DNA of 64,000 nucleotides from a bacterium (GCA_021779915.1 JAJXZR010000015.1:4521-68520), one strand, 5' to 3'. Numbered from the stretch's first letter, positions 27,230-36,829 are shown. The notes: generated by a model not told the origin, from the sequence alone. Translations and numbers: made by a program.

Positions 27230-29250
27230 AGGCCAGTAAAGTTAGAAGTTCCTCCTGACTTCAATTTGGTGCCGGCAGTGGAACAATCCCAAGTTCCGCT
27301 TCGGTTGGCATCGCAGGTTTGACCGGTGTCTTTCAAATAATTTTCCAGTTCGTACTGCTGGGCGTCGGTCGGAATATGCCAGCTCGTGGGACAGATGCCT
27401 TGAGCTCCGGGGGTTGTGGAATAGGCCATGGCTTCATCCCACTGGTAAAGGCCGCCATAGGTGTTGCAATTGTTGGTATCGTTGCTATAGCACCATTTCT
27501 CGACAGTGCCGTTGTTGGTTGGCATCGTAGAACCACTGGCAAGCATCGTGCCGAGTTTAAGGTTTTGTTTCATCCAGCATTGGTTGCCGATAAGGACAGT
27601 GTCATAGACATTGTTTTCGGCGTCCAACACCTGACTGACACCGCAAACAAAATCAGAGACCACGCAGTTGCCTGATCCATCGCATCGTTTGTTGAAACCG
27701 CAAGTTTGGGAATTGTTGATGTTGGTCCAGTCGCCCACTTGACCGGAAGACGAGACGGTTTTTTGCTGGCAATAATAGTCGCCCACTCGGCCATCGCCAT
27801 TTCTGAAGTTGGTAAAGTTGCTGGCATTGACCAATGTCGCACTAATATTGGTAGCGTTGACCGTAGTCGCACCAACGTTTCCGGTCGTCGTGATATTGCC
27901 GCTTCCCAAACTGAAATTGCCCGATCCGTCCGTGACGGGAATGATTGAATTTCCGCCAGTAGCAGAAGTCTCTTTATCATCCAATTTATCGGCATTGAGG
28001 TTGGTAACTTTGGTGGTGGAAGCGACGGTGAGCGGGGAAGTACCGGTTGCCACAGTTGAAGTCAGGGTGGAAGCGGAAACAGAACTGGCAGCGATGGAAC
28101 CGGTGGTGGAAATGGAAATGTCAGATTTTAAGTCTGATCCGGTGATGGTTCCGTCCGCAATGGAAGCGGAATTGACGCTGGCAGTTTCAATGATGCCAGA
28201 AGTGTTGACGGAAAAAACTGAATTGTCACTGTTATTGGTAATTTTGAGTGGTGAAGCCGATTGGGAAGAAGCCATCTTGAGAATGGTTACCACGGTTGGA
28301 GCCTGGTAGGCAACGGTTTGACTGGAAGCTGGATCGGTGTGGATGGTTTCATTGGTGAGTTCTGAGATAGCCGTTTGGGTGTTAGTAGAAGCAATTTGAG
28401 TGGTCGGCGTGAAAGAAATGGCAGTAGCGGGATGAGAGGAAGCTGCATCTCGGTTTTGGAGATCATTATGATTGACGGTTGCTACATTAGCCACTTTATG
28501 CCAGGTGTTGTCAGAGTTGTCACAGCGGTAAATCCAGTTTTCATCTTTCACAAGCCGGGATTGCCCGTCAGATCCACTGTTACAATCCGGCAAATCGGAA
28601 TGGGAAGTGACCGGATCTTTCCATTTGAGATTGTTGATGTTGGTGGAAAGCTGGTTGTCCACATAGGCTTTGTTAGCGGCGTCAGTGTCGCTGGTGGGAG
28701 TTGCGATGTTGGTGATTTTGTTGGTTTCCAGGGATAAGGGTTTGGAGAGTTTAAAATTCTCACTGCCTTTGTCATAGGTAAGGGAACGGGCAGAGGAACC
28801 GAAAAGAAGGTTGATGTCACTTCCTGTTTGCCCAATAGTGAAGGTGTTTTGGTTGGTACCGGAATCAGTGTTCTGGTCATGAATTTGGGAGATGTTTTTG
28901 TTGCCTAAAGCGATGTTTGAATCGTTATTGTCTACTAGTTCTCCCAGTTTGTTTTTTTCGGTGTTGGTGGGATAATCGGGAATGTTAAGTTTACTTCTAT
29001 CAATACTGGCATCTGAGGCAATATCTTCGTTTTTAATCGTTCCGTTTTTGATTTTGTCTCCGGTGATAAGATCGTCCGCAATCACCCTGAGGTTTGCGAT
29101 GGCTCCGTCCTTGAGTTGCGCATCCCCAATGGACTGAGTAACAATCCTAATTTTCTGTTTAACAGCCTTTCTAAGGGAAGCATTGGAAAAAGAAGTGACG
29201 GCTAGAACGGTGAGGAGGGAAATGAGGAAGGTGGTTTTTGGTTTGGACAT
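27046..29250 (-). CDS. DGR target: exported fibre/adhesin-like protein with a C-terminal FISUMP (Fib_succ_major, CLec-fold) domain
   Basis: Signal peptide; KITNIATPTSDTDAANKAYVD neck-like motif; IGNQCWMKQNL, YGGLYQW, GICPTSWHIPT, GFSVRCLKD. Confidence 0.88.
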   Translation of the reverse strand: MSKPKTTFLISLLTVLAVTSFSNASLRKAVKQKIRIVTQSIGDAQLKDGAIANLRVIADDLITGDKIKNGTIKNEDIASDASIDRSKLNIPDYPTNTEKNKLGELVDNNDSNIALGNKNISQIHDQNTDSGTNQNTFTIGQTGSDINLLFGSSARSLTYDKGSENFKLSKPLSLETNKITNIATPTSDTDAANKAYVDNQLSTNINNLKWKDPVTSHSDLPDCNSGSDGQSRLVKDENWIYRCDNSDNTWHKVANVATVNHNDLQNRDAASSHPATAISFTPTTQIASTNTQTAISELTNETIHTDPASSQTVAYQAPTVVTILKMASSQSASPLKITNNSDNSVFSVNTSGIIETASVNSASIADGTITGSDLKSDISISTTGSIAASSVSASTLTSTVATGTSPLTVASTTKVTNLNADKLDDKETSATGGNSIIPVTDGSGNFSLGSGNITTTGNVGATTVNATNISATLVNASNFTNFRNGDGRVGDYYCQQKTVSSSGQVGDWTNINNSQTCGFNKRCDGSGNCVVSDFVCGVSQVLDAENNVYDTVLIGNQCWMKQNLKLGTMLASGSTMPTNNGTVEKWCYSNDTNNCNTYGGLYQWDEAMAYSTTPGAQGICPTSWHIPTDAQQYELENYLKDTGQTCDANRSGTWDCSTAGTKLKSGGTSNFTGLLAGYRNTDGSFALLGTNAYFWSSSPSGTSAWHRDLNSSNATVYRTLNSKAYGFSVRCLKD

Positions 29251-29371
29251 GGGTTAGTTTAAAATTTCCAATTTCTAATTTTCAATTTTTTCGCCCGAGG
29301 CGAGTCGCCTATGGAGACAAACAATTTTCAATGACAGAATAATTCAATACTTCAAGTAATATCCGACTTAT

Positions 29372-29537
29372 GTGTCATCCTCGGCGTGTCGACCGGGGAT
29401 CCAGGAGGATAATATTAGTCTAATAAAATGTCGGCTTGTTTAGTTTTCTGTAAATGCACATAGAAATAACACTCTATTAGTCTAACCTGGATTCCCGCCG
29501 GAGTTTATCCTCGTGAAAACGGGGACAGGAATGACAC
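29372..29537. repeat. REP-doublet element, type B interior, expanded right hairpin
   Basis: GTGTCATCCTCGGCGTGTCGACCGGGGATCCAG ... CTGGATTCCCGCC..GGAATGACAC. Confidence 0.85.
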
Positions 29538-29550
29538 GTTTTTTTCCTTT

Positions 29551-29575
29551 GGGCGGGCACAAGACCCGCCCCTAC
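29551..29575 (-). repeat. GTAG-family REP
   Basis: Reverse complement GTAGGGGCGGGTCTTGTGCCCGCCC. Confidence 0.75.
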
Positions 29576-29616
29576 GTTCTTCTTTTCCCTTTTCCCCTTA
29601 TTCTTTCCCTTAATTC

Positions 29617-30234
29617 CTATCTACTCCACATAATAAGACTTCTTGTCCCATACATCTTCATCGTGTTGCTATTGAAATATCCAAGAGCCTCCGCTTTGGT
29701 GAGGGGATTGTTTTGTTGTTTTATTGGTTTGTGTATCGTGTCGGTGTTGTCTTCGAGGTTGACAGTGACCGCTCCTTTTTTGGTTTGAATGATGAAGGTA
29801 TCTCCATCGTCAGAGACATCTCCCATGGAACCTTGAATTTTGGTATAACAAATGGAAAGGTCGGTGAGTTTTTTGGCGAAATACACGCCTTCCGGCGAGA
29901 CGTTCTTGTCCGACACCACCGTCTTGATTGAGTCCCCGATTTGAACTTCGTTTTCAGTGAGCCTTCCGCCCGAACTGCGGAGGAAATTGGAGGAATAATA
30001 ATTGATAATGTACGTTGACCCAAAAACATTACCGCCCTTTTTATTTTTTTTATCCAAACTTTTAATCGTAACAAGGCTATTATCCGTATCAATAGCCAAA
30101 ACCGTCCCAATTATGGTGTGGGCGTGCGATTTGGCGAGGACAGAGGAGGTATTAGTGAAAAGTAACAAGTAACAAGTTGCAAGAAAAAAAGTAGCAAGAA
30201 TTTTCTTGTTACCCATCATTTTTCCTCTTGCCAC
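29617..30234 (-). CDS. Exported protein with DUF5666-like beta domains
   Basis: Signal-like hydrophobic segment; GTVLAID...EVQIGDSI pattern; start uncertain. Confidence 0.55.
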   Translation of the reverse strand: MARGKMMGNKKILATFFLATCYLLLFTNTSSVLAKSHAHTIIGTVLAIDTDNSLVTIKSLDKKNKKGGNVFGSTYIINYYSSNFLRSSGGRLTENEVQIGDSIKTVVSDKNVSPEGVYFAKKLTDLSICYTKIQGSMGDVSDDGDTFIIQTKKGAVTVNLEDNTDTIHKPIKQQNNPLTKAEALGYFNSNTMKMYGTRSLIMWSR

Positions 30235-30236
30235 TC

Positions 30237-30255
30237 GAGAGAGAGAGAGAGAGAG
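30237..30255. repeat. (GA)9G simple sequence repeat
   Basis: Read directly from the sequence. Confidence 0.95.
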
Positions 30256-30313
30256 TAGTGCATGTTTTTGTAAGAATATTTTTTAAATTATGGTTCATGG
30301 GGATTTGTATTAA

Positions 30314-30440
30314 TTACAAGTTACAAGCTACAAGCCACAAGCTACAAGCTACAAGCTACAAGCTACAAGCTGCAAGAAGACCCTTGCTACTTGCTACTTG
30401 CTACTTGCTACTTGCTACTTGCTACTTGCTACTTGCTACT
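30314..30440. repeat. 7-mer array hairpin (GCTACAA)n-(CTTGCTA)n
   Basis: About 8 units per arm. Confidence 0.9.
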
Positions 30441-30579
30441 ATTTTAAATTAAAAATTGGGGTTGTCAAAAAAACGATAAGTTTAGTATCAAGTAAAAAGT
30501 TACAAGAAGAAAGTAGCAAGTTACAGGTAACAAGTTACAAGAAAATTCTTACCACTTGCAACTTGCCACTTTTTACTTG

Positions 30580-31845
30580 CTACTTATAACCCGCCGCTTC
30601 TCCCGCCGCGTACCCCGTACTCCAACAAATTTGGAGATTAAAGCCTCCGGTTGGACCGTCAAGATCTAGAATTTCTCCGGCAAAAAATAAATTGGAAATA
30701 ATTTTTGATCTCATTGTCCTAGGATCCACTTCCTTCAAATCCACTCCGCCACTGGTTATCACCGCGATTTCATATCCCATCGGCTCTGAAACAGTGACAG
30801 TCAACTCTTTGAGGAAATGAAGCAATTTTTTTCTCTCTTCTCTGGAAATAGTTCCCAGTTTCTTGTGCGGGTCGATACCTGACATTTGAACAGCTAAATC
30901 AATCATTTTGCGAGGTAAAAGGTCGGGAAGATAGTTGATGAAATCTTTGTTAACATTTGTTTCGAAATCTTTTTGAAGCCTTTTGTCGAGAGTTGGATAA
31001 TCCAGTGCCGGTTTGAGATCGATTTGAATCGTCACTTCTCCTTTTTTGAGAAGCTCCACCACTTTCTTACTCAGATCGAGAATGATTGGTCCGCTCACAC
31101 CAAAATGGGTAAACAACATTTCTCCAAACCTAGAATCTTGTTTTTTTCCTCCAACAAAAACAGTAGCTCTTGCGTTTTTAAGGCTCAATCCCTGAAGCCC
31201 TTTTGTCCAAGATTCTCGTGTTTTAAGAGGTACTAGGGCAGGGAAGGTATTAACCAATTTGTGCCCCATTTTTTGTGCAAAATTATATCCGTCTCCAGTA
31301 GAACCCGTGGCAGGATATGATTTGCCTCCCGTTGAAAAAATAAAAGAATCGGCATAAATTTTACGATTTTTGAGCTCAACATATTCGATTTTTTTGTTTT
31401 TTACTTTAAAATCCACAATTTTCTCTCCCAAAATTATACTGGCATTGTTTTGTTTTAAATAGTCTACAAGGGTATCCAAGACATCTTTTGATCTATCGGA
31501 AACAGGAAAGACTCTTTTTCCTCTTTCAATCTTAGTTTTTACTCCCTTTTTCTCGAAAAAATCAATGATTTCACTGGGTCCAAATTCCGATAAAGAAGAG
31601 AAAAGAAACTTTCCCTTTTTACCTAGTTTATCGATAAATTCTTTCATATCAAAAGTGGCGTTCGTCAGATTGCAACGCCCCTTGCCAGTAATTAAAAGTT
31701 TTTTTCCAAGGACTTTATTTTTTTCAATCAAAACCACTTTTTTTCCTAGTTCCGCCACTCTTCCAGCCGCCATCATACCAGCAGGTCCACCCCCTACAAC
31801 GGCTACGTCGAAATAGTCATGAGTTTCTTTATTGATAGACATCAA
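30580..31845 (-). CDS. HI0933/YhiN/BaiN-family flavoprotein
   Basis: GGGPAG, GKKLLITGKGRCNLTN, GGKSYPATGSTGDGY, LFTHFGVSGP, GPTGGFNLQ. Confidence 0.92.
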   Translation of the reverse strand: MMSINKETHDYFDVAVVGGGPAGMMAAGRVAELGKKVVLIEKNKVLGKKLLITGKGRCNLTNATFDMKEFIDKLGKKGKFLFSSLSEFGPSEIIDFFEKKGVKTKIERGKRVFPVSDRSKDVLDTLVDYLKQNNASIILGEKIVDFKVKNKKIEYVELKNRKIYADSFIFSTGGKSYPATGSTGDGYNFAQKMGHKLVNTFPALVPLKTRESWTKGLQGLSLKNARATVFVGGKKQDSRFGEMLFTHFGVSGPIILDLSKKVVELLKKGEVTIQIDLKPALDYPTLDKRLQKDFETNVNKDFINYLPDLLPRKMIDLAVQMSGIDPHKKLGTISREERKKLLHFLKELTVTVSEPMGYEIAVITSGGVDLKEVDPRTMRSKIISNLFFAGEILDLDGPTGGFNLQICWSTGYAAGEAAGYK

Positions 31846-32000
31846 TTAAGTTTAATTTGAAATTCTGATTACGTAGAATTAGATTACCTTTTTTTGGTTT
31901 TGACTAGGAAAATTAAGAAAATTTTCAATTTCTAATTTTCAATTTTCAAACAATTTTCAATTTATTAATTTCCTAATTTTATAAACAATACTATTCCAGT

Positions 32001-32151
32001 GTGTCATCCCGGGCTTGACCCGGGATCCAGGAGGATAATCTTAGCTTAATAAAATCTTAATTTGTCTAGTTTTTTAGCAATACGCATTAAAATAACATTC
32101 TGTTAGTCTAATTTTGTTTCCTGGATCCCGGCTCGGGGGCCGGGATGACAC
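32001..32151. repeat. REP-doublet element, type B, nested in an AATTTTC/GAAAATT 7-mer hairpin (about 31920-32232)
   Basis: Ends as in 1939-2088. Confidence 0.9.
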
Positions 32152-32233
32152 ACAAGACGGATATTGTTTGAAACATTGAATCATTCCATCATTGAAAATT
32201 GTTTGAAAATTGTGAATTGAAAATTGAAAATTT

Positions 32234-35200
32234 CTATCCCACTGTTCCTTTCCTCTCTAAATTTCCCCAACGGACAAATTTTCCTTTCATTACGCTGACA
32301 AAAACTTTGATCGCAACATAGTACATCAGTTGGCGGTAGAAGAAGCGTTGCAAGAACATCCACAAGAGCAAACTCCAGTCTTCCTTGCGTTCTAAAACAA
32401 AAGCAATGGCACAAGTAATGAAATCGACAACCAAAAAGAATAAATAAAAAAAGAATAATTTTTTAAAGGCAAAAGTGGCTGAATAATCTATTGGGTGCTG
32501 ATATTTCTGGATAGCCACCCAAATCAGGGAAAAAACAATTGTTAGATCCATCAGAGGTGAGATAAGAGGAAAAAGTACCTGGAAAATCAAAATGTTTGGC
32601 AAAGCGATCCACCCAAGAGTACGACATCCCGGACACGACAAAGAATCTTTATGCATCCAAGTGGCCTGTAAAGTCCCATACATCCAGCGAAAACGCTGTT
32701 TTATAAAACCTTTGACCGTATCTGGAGCTTCAGTGTAAGCGAAAGCCTTGTCCTCATAAGCCACTTTATAGCCGGATCTAATGATATGGAAAGTCAAGTC
32801 TGCATCTTCTGCTAAGGTTCGATTGGAAAATCCTCCTGTTTTTAAAATAGCCTCCCGCCTCCAAGCTCCAACTGAACCGGGAACTACTGTAATACAATTC
32901 AAGACTTCAAAAGCCCGACGATCTAAATTTTGACTGGTAATATATTCCAGTGCTTGCCAATAAGTAAGGATATTCAATCGGTTTCCCACTTTAGCATTGC
33001 CCGCCACAGCGCCCACTTTGGGATCGGCAAATCGACGTACTAGCTTGGAAATAGTGTTGGAAAGAAAAACGGTATCAGCATCAAGTGTAACAACTATTTC
33101 CGCTTCGGTTTTGGAAATGCCAAAGTTCAAGGCCTCCGGTTTCCCACCGTTAGATTTTGTAAATATCTCGACATTTTGATTGTCCTTAAAATTTTCTAAT
33201 GCGCTTTGATAGGTTCCATCAGTACTCCCGTCGTCAATAACAATTACTTTCAGGTCGGGATAGTCAGATTTAAGGATGGACTCGACGGTTTTGACAATCA
33301 CTTTTTCTTCATTGTAGGCCGGAATAACCACACTTACACTTGGATGAAATTTCTTGATAGAAGGATACTTTCTAAATTTACTTTTAATTTTTTGAAAGAG
33401 GGCAAGTACTCCAACAAAAATAAATCTCGCAAGTCCCAAGAAGATGCCAATCGTAAAGGCAAAAGATAAGAAAATGAATATCCAATTGACAAATGAGAAG
33501 GCCACATAGCTGAAATCTGACAAAATTAATTCCGCTCCAGAAACTTTGGGCATAATTTTGTCCGGTAAGACTCCAACCAGATCGGACACTTTAACCAGCT
33601 GAAAACCTCTGCTTTGAAGCCCCTCGATAATTCTAGGGAGGGCAGCAATTGTTTGGGTTCGATCTCCTCCTCCGTCATGCAAAAGGACGATATTACCGTC
33701 CCCATTTTCCGCACCCGTTATCACCGAATTGACGATATTATCAATTCCTGGAGAACTCCAGTCTTTGGGATCAATTTTCATTCCAACTGTATAATAACCT
33801 AGTTGATTAACCAACATTAGTGGTTTCACTTGATCAGGATTTTCTGGCTCTACGTCTTCCGCATAAGGAGGACGAAAAAGAAGAGTATGTCTACCCAAAG
33901 CGCTTGCTAATAAACTCTCCGTGGTGTTCAGCTCAAACTTGACCTGCGAATCTGAAATATTGGCAATGTTGGGATGAGTAAAAGTGTGGTTCCCGATTTC
34001 ATTTCCTTTGTCAAAAACCTGTTTAAGCAACTGCTGGTTTTGAGTGGCGTTCATTCCGATAACAAAGAAAGTTCCTTTTACATTGTATTGGTCGAATATT
34101 TTAAGAATTTGCGGAGTATAAACCGGGTCGGGACCATCGTCAAAAGTCAGGGCTATTTTCTTTTTGTCCTCTCCCCCCCAGCGATTTATAATATAAGGAA
34201 AGGGGAAATCCTTAACTTCAGAATTAGTTATTAATCCGGTTTTATCATCGTAAGTAACGGTTCTAGAGCCAGTTTTTGGCGTTGTTGCAACTCTCAAAAT
34301 CTCTCCTGTCCCTTCGTAGTCGATGTCGTAACCATAATCCAAGTTTTGAAGGCTCATTGCAACATCTTTGCTCAGAGTTTGCCTCGATTTAAACACTTGC
34401 CAAATAGAAGGATCTTCTGAACCCATTCTCCAAAGAGCATAACCCCCCACTTTATATTTTCCGGCATCCACAATTTCATTGAAAGCTGTTACTGCGTCTA
34501 ATAAAAAAACTTTATGGATAATATTATTATCATCATAGTATTCATAAATTTCGTTCAAATTGTTCGGATCGAGAACTATTTTGCCTTGCGATTCTCTGGC
34601 TACTCTGATTGCGTCTTGGAAAGTGTAAGTAACTGCTGTTTTTTGTTTGTCTTCCCAGTCATATCCATAGTTTCCCAAGGCTACGACATATTTTTCACTG
34701 GGAACCTCAGAAAAACGCTTAGCAATGGAATCTAAAAACCATTTTTCCGAAGCAACTGGACCGGGCGAATCTCCATCCGAATGCTCATCATAAGCCATCA
34801 GAATTAAAAAATCGCTAACTTCTGCAAGACTTTTTGTGTTAAAATTATTATCGTCTACTGGAATGTTCATTGAAACCTCCAGTCCTAATGGATGAAATTT
34901 GGAGTAAAGCTCCTTCATAAAAAGCAACAAATCGGGTTGGGCATTTTTGGGAACACTCTCATAATCTATCGATATTCCACTAAATTTATTGCTTTGAACA
35001 AACTCAAGAATTTTATTTATATTGTTCGTGCGATTGCCTGGATCCCCCAACATTTTTCCGAGCTTATCTCCGTTCCAAGACTGAGTGTTGGAATCATAGT
35101 TGTTAATAAGGGGAGTAATGGGCAAGTCCGGTCGATTGGATTTGATAAAATCCATTGCTAAATTTTGTCTGTCCTGATCGTCCACCGCAATATTTCCTTG

Positions 35201-35617
35201 CTCATCGGAAAGGTGGATCCATTCAGGAACCAGCTCGTCAATATTGCCGATATTGGTTTTTAGGGAAGTGAGGCTGGTATCGTCCCAATTCACATAAAAA
35301 ACCATTAGCTTGGGTTTGTAGTTAGATGGGACGATATTGGAGCTATTTGAATTTTTATTATTAACAGGGGAATTCGCATTGAGTTGAGTTTTCACTTTAT
35401 TCCCAGTGGATTTGAAAGTAATCGGTCTTTCCCGATAAACAGAAACCGGATTTGAGAGAGGCAGAGAAGGAAGTTCCCCAATCTTAGCTACGCTAAAAAC
35501 AGTCGCGATGAAAGCAACCGTCAAAATAAAACTGACGGTTGCTACCGTCCATTTATAATATTTCCACCTTTTTCTGTCAGGATCATAAAAGACGGGGGAT
35601 TCTGTTTGAGTAGACAT
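32234..35617 (-). CDS. Trifunctional GH18-like / NodB polysaccharide deacetylase / GT2 (PgaC/IcaA-like) protein
   Basis: GISIDYE and MAYDEH; TFDDGP, HTFTH, RPPY, LLHDGG; PAYNE, DADT, AEDAD, QRFRW. Confidence 0.9.
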   Translation of the reverse strand: MSTQTESPVFYDPDRKRWKYYKWTVATVSFILTVAFIATVFSVAKIGELPSLPLSNPVSVYRERPITFKSTGNKVKTQLNANSPVNNKNSNSSNIVPSNYKPKLMVFYVNWDDTSLTSLKTNIGNIDELVPEWIHLSDEQGNIAVDDQDRQNLAMDFIKSNRPDLPITPLINNYDSNTQSWNGDKLGKMLGDPGNRTNNINKILEFVQSNKFSGISIDYESVPKNAQPDLLLFMKELYSKFHPLGLEVSMNIPVDDNNFNTKSLAEVSDFLILMAYDEHSDGDSPGPVASEKWFLDSIAKRFSEVPSEKYVVALGNYGYDWEDKQKTAVTYTFQDAIRVARESQGKIVLDPNNLNEIYEYYDDNNIIHKVFLLDAVTAFNEIVDAGKYKVGGYALWRMGSEDPSIWQVFKSRQTLSKDVAMSLQNLDYGYDIDYEGTGEILRVATTPKTGSRTVTYDDKTGLITNSEVKDFPFPYIINRWGGEDKKKIALTFDDGPDPVYTPQILKIFDQYNVKGTFFVIGMNATQNQQLLKQVFDKGNEIGNHTFTHPNIANISDSQVKFELNTTESLLASALGRHTLLFRPPYAEDVEPENPDQVKPLMLVNQLGYYTVGMKIDPKDWSSPGIDNIVNSVITGAENGDGNIVLLHDGGGDRTQTIAALPRIIEGLQSRGFQLVKVSDLVGVLPDKIMPKVSGAELILSDFSYVAFSFVNWIFIFLSFAFTIGIFLGLARFIFVGVLALFQKIKSKFRKYPSIKKFHPSVSVVIPAYNEEKVIVKTVESILKSDYPDLKVIVIDDGSTDGTYQSALENFKDNQNVEIFTKSNGGKPEALNFGISKTEAEIVVTLDADTVFLSNTISKLVRRFADPKVGAVAGNAKVGNRLNILTYWQALEYITSQNLDRRAFEVLNCITVVPGSVGAWRREAILKTGGFSNRTLAEDADLTFHIIRSGYKVAYEDKAFAYTEAPDTVKGFIKQRFRWMYGTLQATWMHKDSLSCPGCRTLGWIALPNILIFQVLFPLISPLMDLTIVFSLIWVAIQKYQHPIDYSATFAFKKLFFFYLFFLVVDFITCAIAFVLERKEDWSLLLWMFLQRFFYRQLMYYVAIKVFVSVMKGKFVRWGNLERKGTVG

Positions 35618-35660
35618 AGGATTAGCATAGCACGAAAAAACAAGAAATGTTCATACCACA

Positions 35661-35883
35661 ATATCATCCCGGGTTTGACCCGGGATCCAGAAGGATATAA
35701 AATTGCTCTAATTAACCTAATTATACTAATTAACCTAAAAAAGCACCAAATACCAAACAATAAAAAAATAAATCTTAGAAATTAGTTTTTGGGATTTTGT
35801 TTAGAATAATTAGGTCAATTAGAGTAATTAGAATAATTAATGAGTCTAACCTGGATCCCCGGTCGACACGCCGGGGATGACAC
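35661..35883. repeat. REP-doublet element, type A (reverse orientation)
   Basis: Interior is the reverse complement of the 10632 copy. Confidence 0.9.
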
Positions 35884-35944
35884 GAGAGAAGCGAATTTTA
35901 ATCTTTTTTTATTTGAAAATTGGAAATTGGAAATTCTATCTACT

Positions 35945-36829
35945 CTATTCCCAACAAACCCCGGACGTTGTCACGATGTTTTTCCAAGGACCATTTGGCA
36001 CATCCTTTTGGTCTACAAACTGCCAACTCGTGGTGTCGATGTCTTTAAGGCCGAGATAGTCGTTAACGGCTGGAGAAACGTCTAGACCGGCATCTTTATT
36101 AGTTTTGCTTTGGGGGCTGGCGCCTCCAAAAACATAATTGCTGTCATTTTCCCCGAATGGCCCAACATCTTCCCACTGGGCATAAGCCACTTTGTTTCCC
36201 TTGATAATCTTTATCCAACGATTTTTGCAAATAGATTCGCCATCACCCCAATTTTTTTCTCCAAACCAAGGGATAAGAGTTGCAATATCTTTTTTTCTGT
36301 TGCCATTTTCGTCAAAATCATTGTAGGGAAGGGCGAAATAGAACGGATTTTCCTTGGGGGTGAACTTTGAAGGCAAAAAACCATTTCTTTTTGCGGGATC
36401 ATCCACTCCACCATAATGACTAACCCACTTGTCGTCCCAAGCGCTCGGAGAATTTGAAATATTCTTATTATCTTCTCCTGCTTCTTCTCCTATCCAGAAA
36501 TAAGTGGTAGAAATATTGCTATGAAGAGGATACTGGCTACTGCTCACAACGCTATCCGGAGTCAAGTTTGTTGCCAAAGGATTGACCGACCGGCTGATTG
36601 CCTTTGTAACTTTTTTATACTCTTTATGAGTAATGTTGGGTAGGTATTTTTTCCATAAAGAAACGTCCACATTGTTTCTTTCAAGCATCCTTTGCCATTT
36701 TGATTTTGTTTTGGCTTCAATATTTTTCGGTCCGTTCTCGCCCCTAGACAAATGATCATAGACAAAAAACAGTACAGGCACCAAAAAAAGCATTGATAAG
36801 AATAGTAATAAGGTTTTATTTTTAGGCAT
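35945..36829 (-). CDS. Membrane-anchored protein with a double-psi beta-barrel-like C-terminus
   Basis: TTYFWIGE, ENPFYFALPYND, AQWEDVGP, GLDVSPAV; fold assignment is an inference. Confidence 0.55.
   Translation of the reverse strand: MPKNKTLLLFLSMLFLVPVLFFVYDHLSRGENGPKNIEAKTKSKWQRMLERNNVDVSLWKKYLPNITHKEYKKVTKAISRSVNPLATNLTPDSVVSSSQYPLHSNISTTYFWIGEEAGEDNKNISNSPSAWDDKWVSHYGGVDDPAKRNGFLPSKFTPKENPFYFALPYNDFDENGNRKKDIATLIPWFGEKNWGDGESICKNRWIKIIKGNKVAYAQWEDVGPFGENDSNYVFGGASPQSKTNKDAGLDVSPAVNDYLGLKDIDTTSWQFVDQKDVPNGPWKNIVTTSGVCWE

Larger units (their letters stand above)
24718..29250 (-). mobile_element. Diversity-generating retroelement cassette (target-avd-TR-RT)
   Basis: All four components co-oriented; TR/VR 184-bp pair with A-specific missense differences. 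Confidence 0.95.

Noticed and set aside
27319-28880. Several overlapping ORFs within the DGR target gene
   Set aside because: Shadow ORFs of a GC-richer coding region; no motifs
30228-30589. ORFs with LQATSYK/LLATCY repeats
   Set aside because: Translations of the 7-mer arrays with no independent coding evidence
24235-30590. DGR region as a prophage
   Set aside because: No terminase, capsid, portal or integrase genes; the target has a signal peptide
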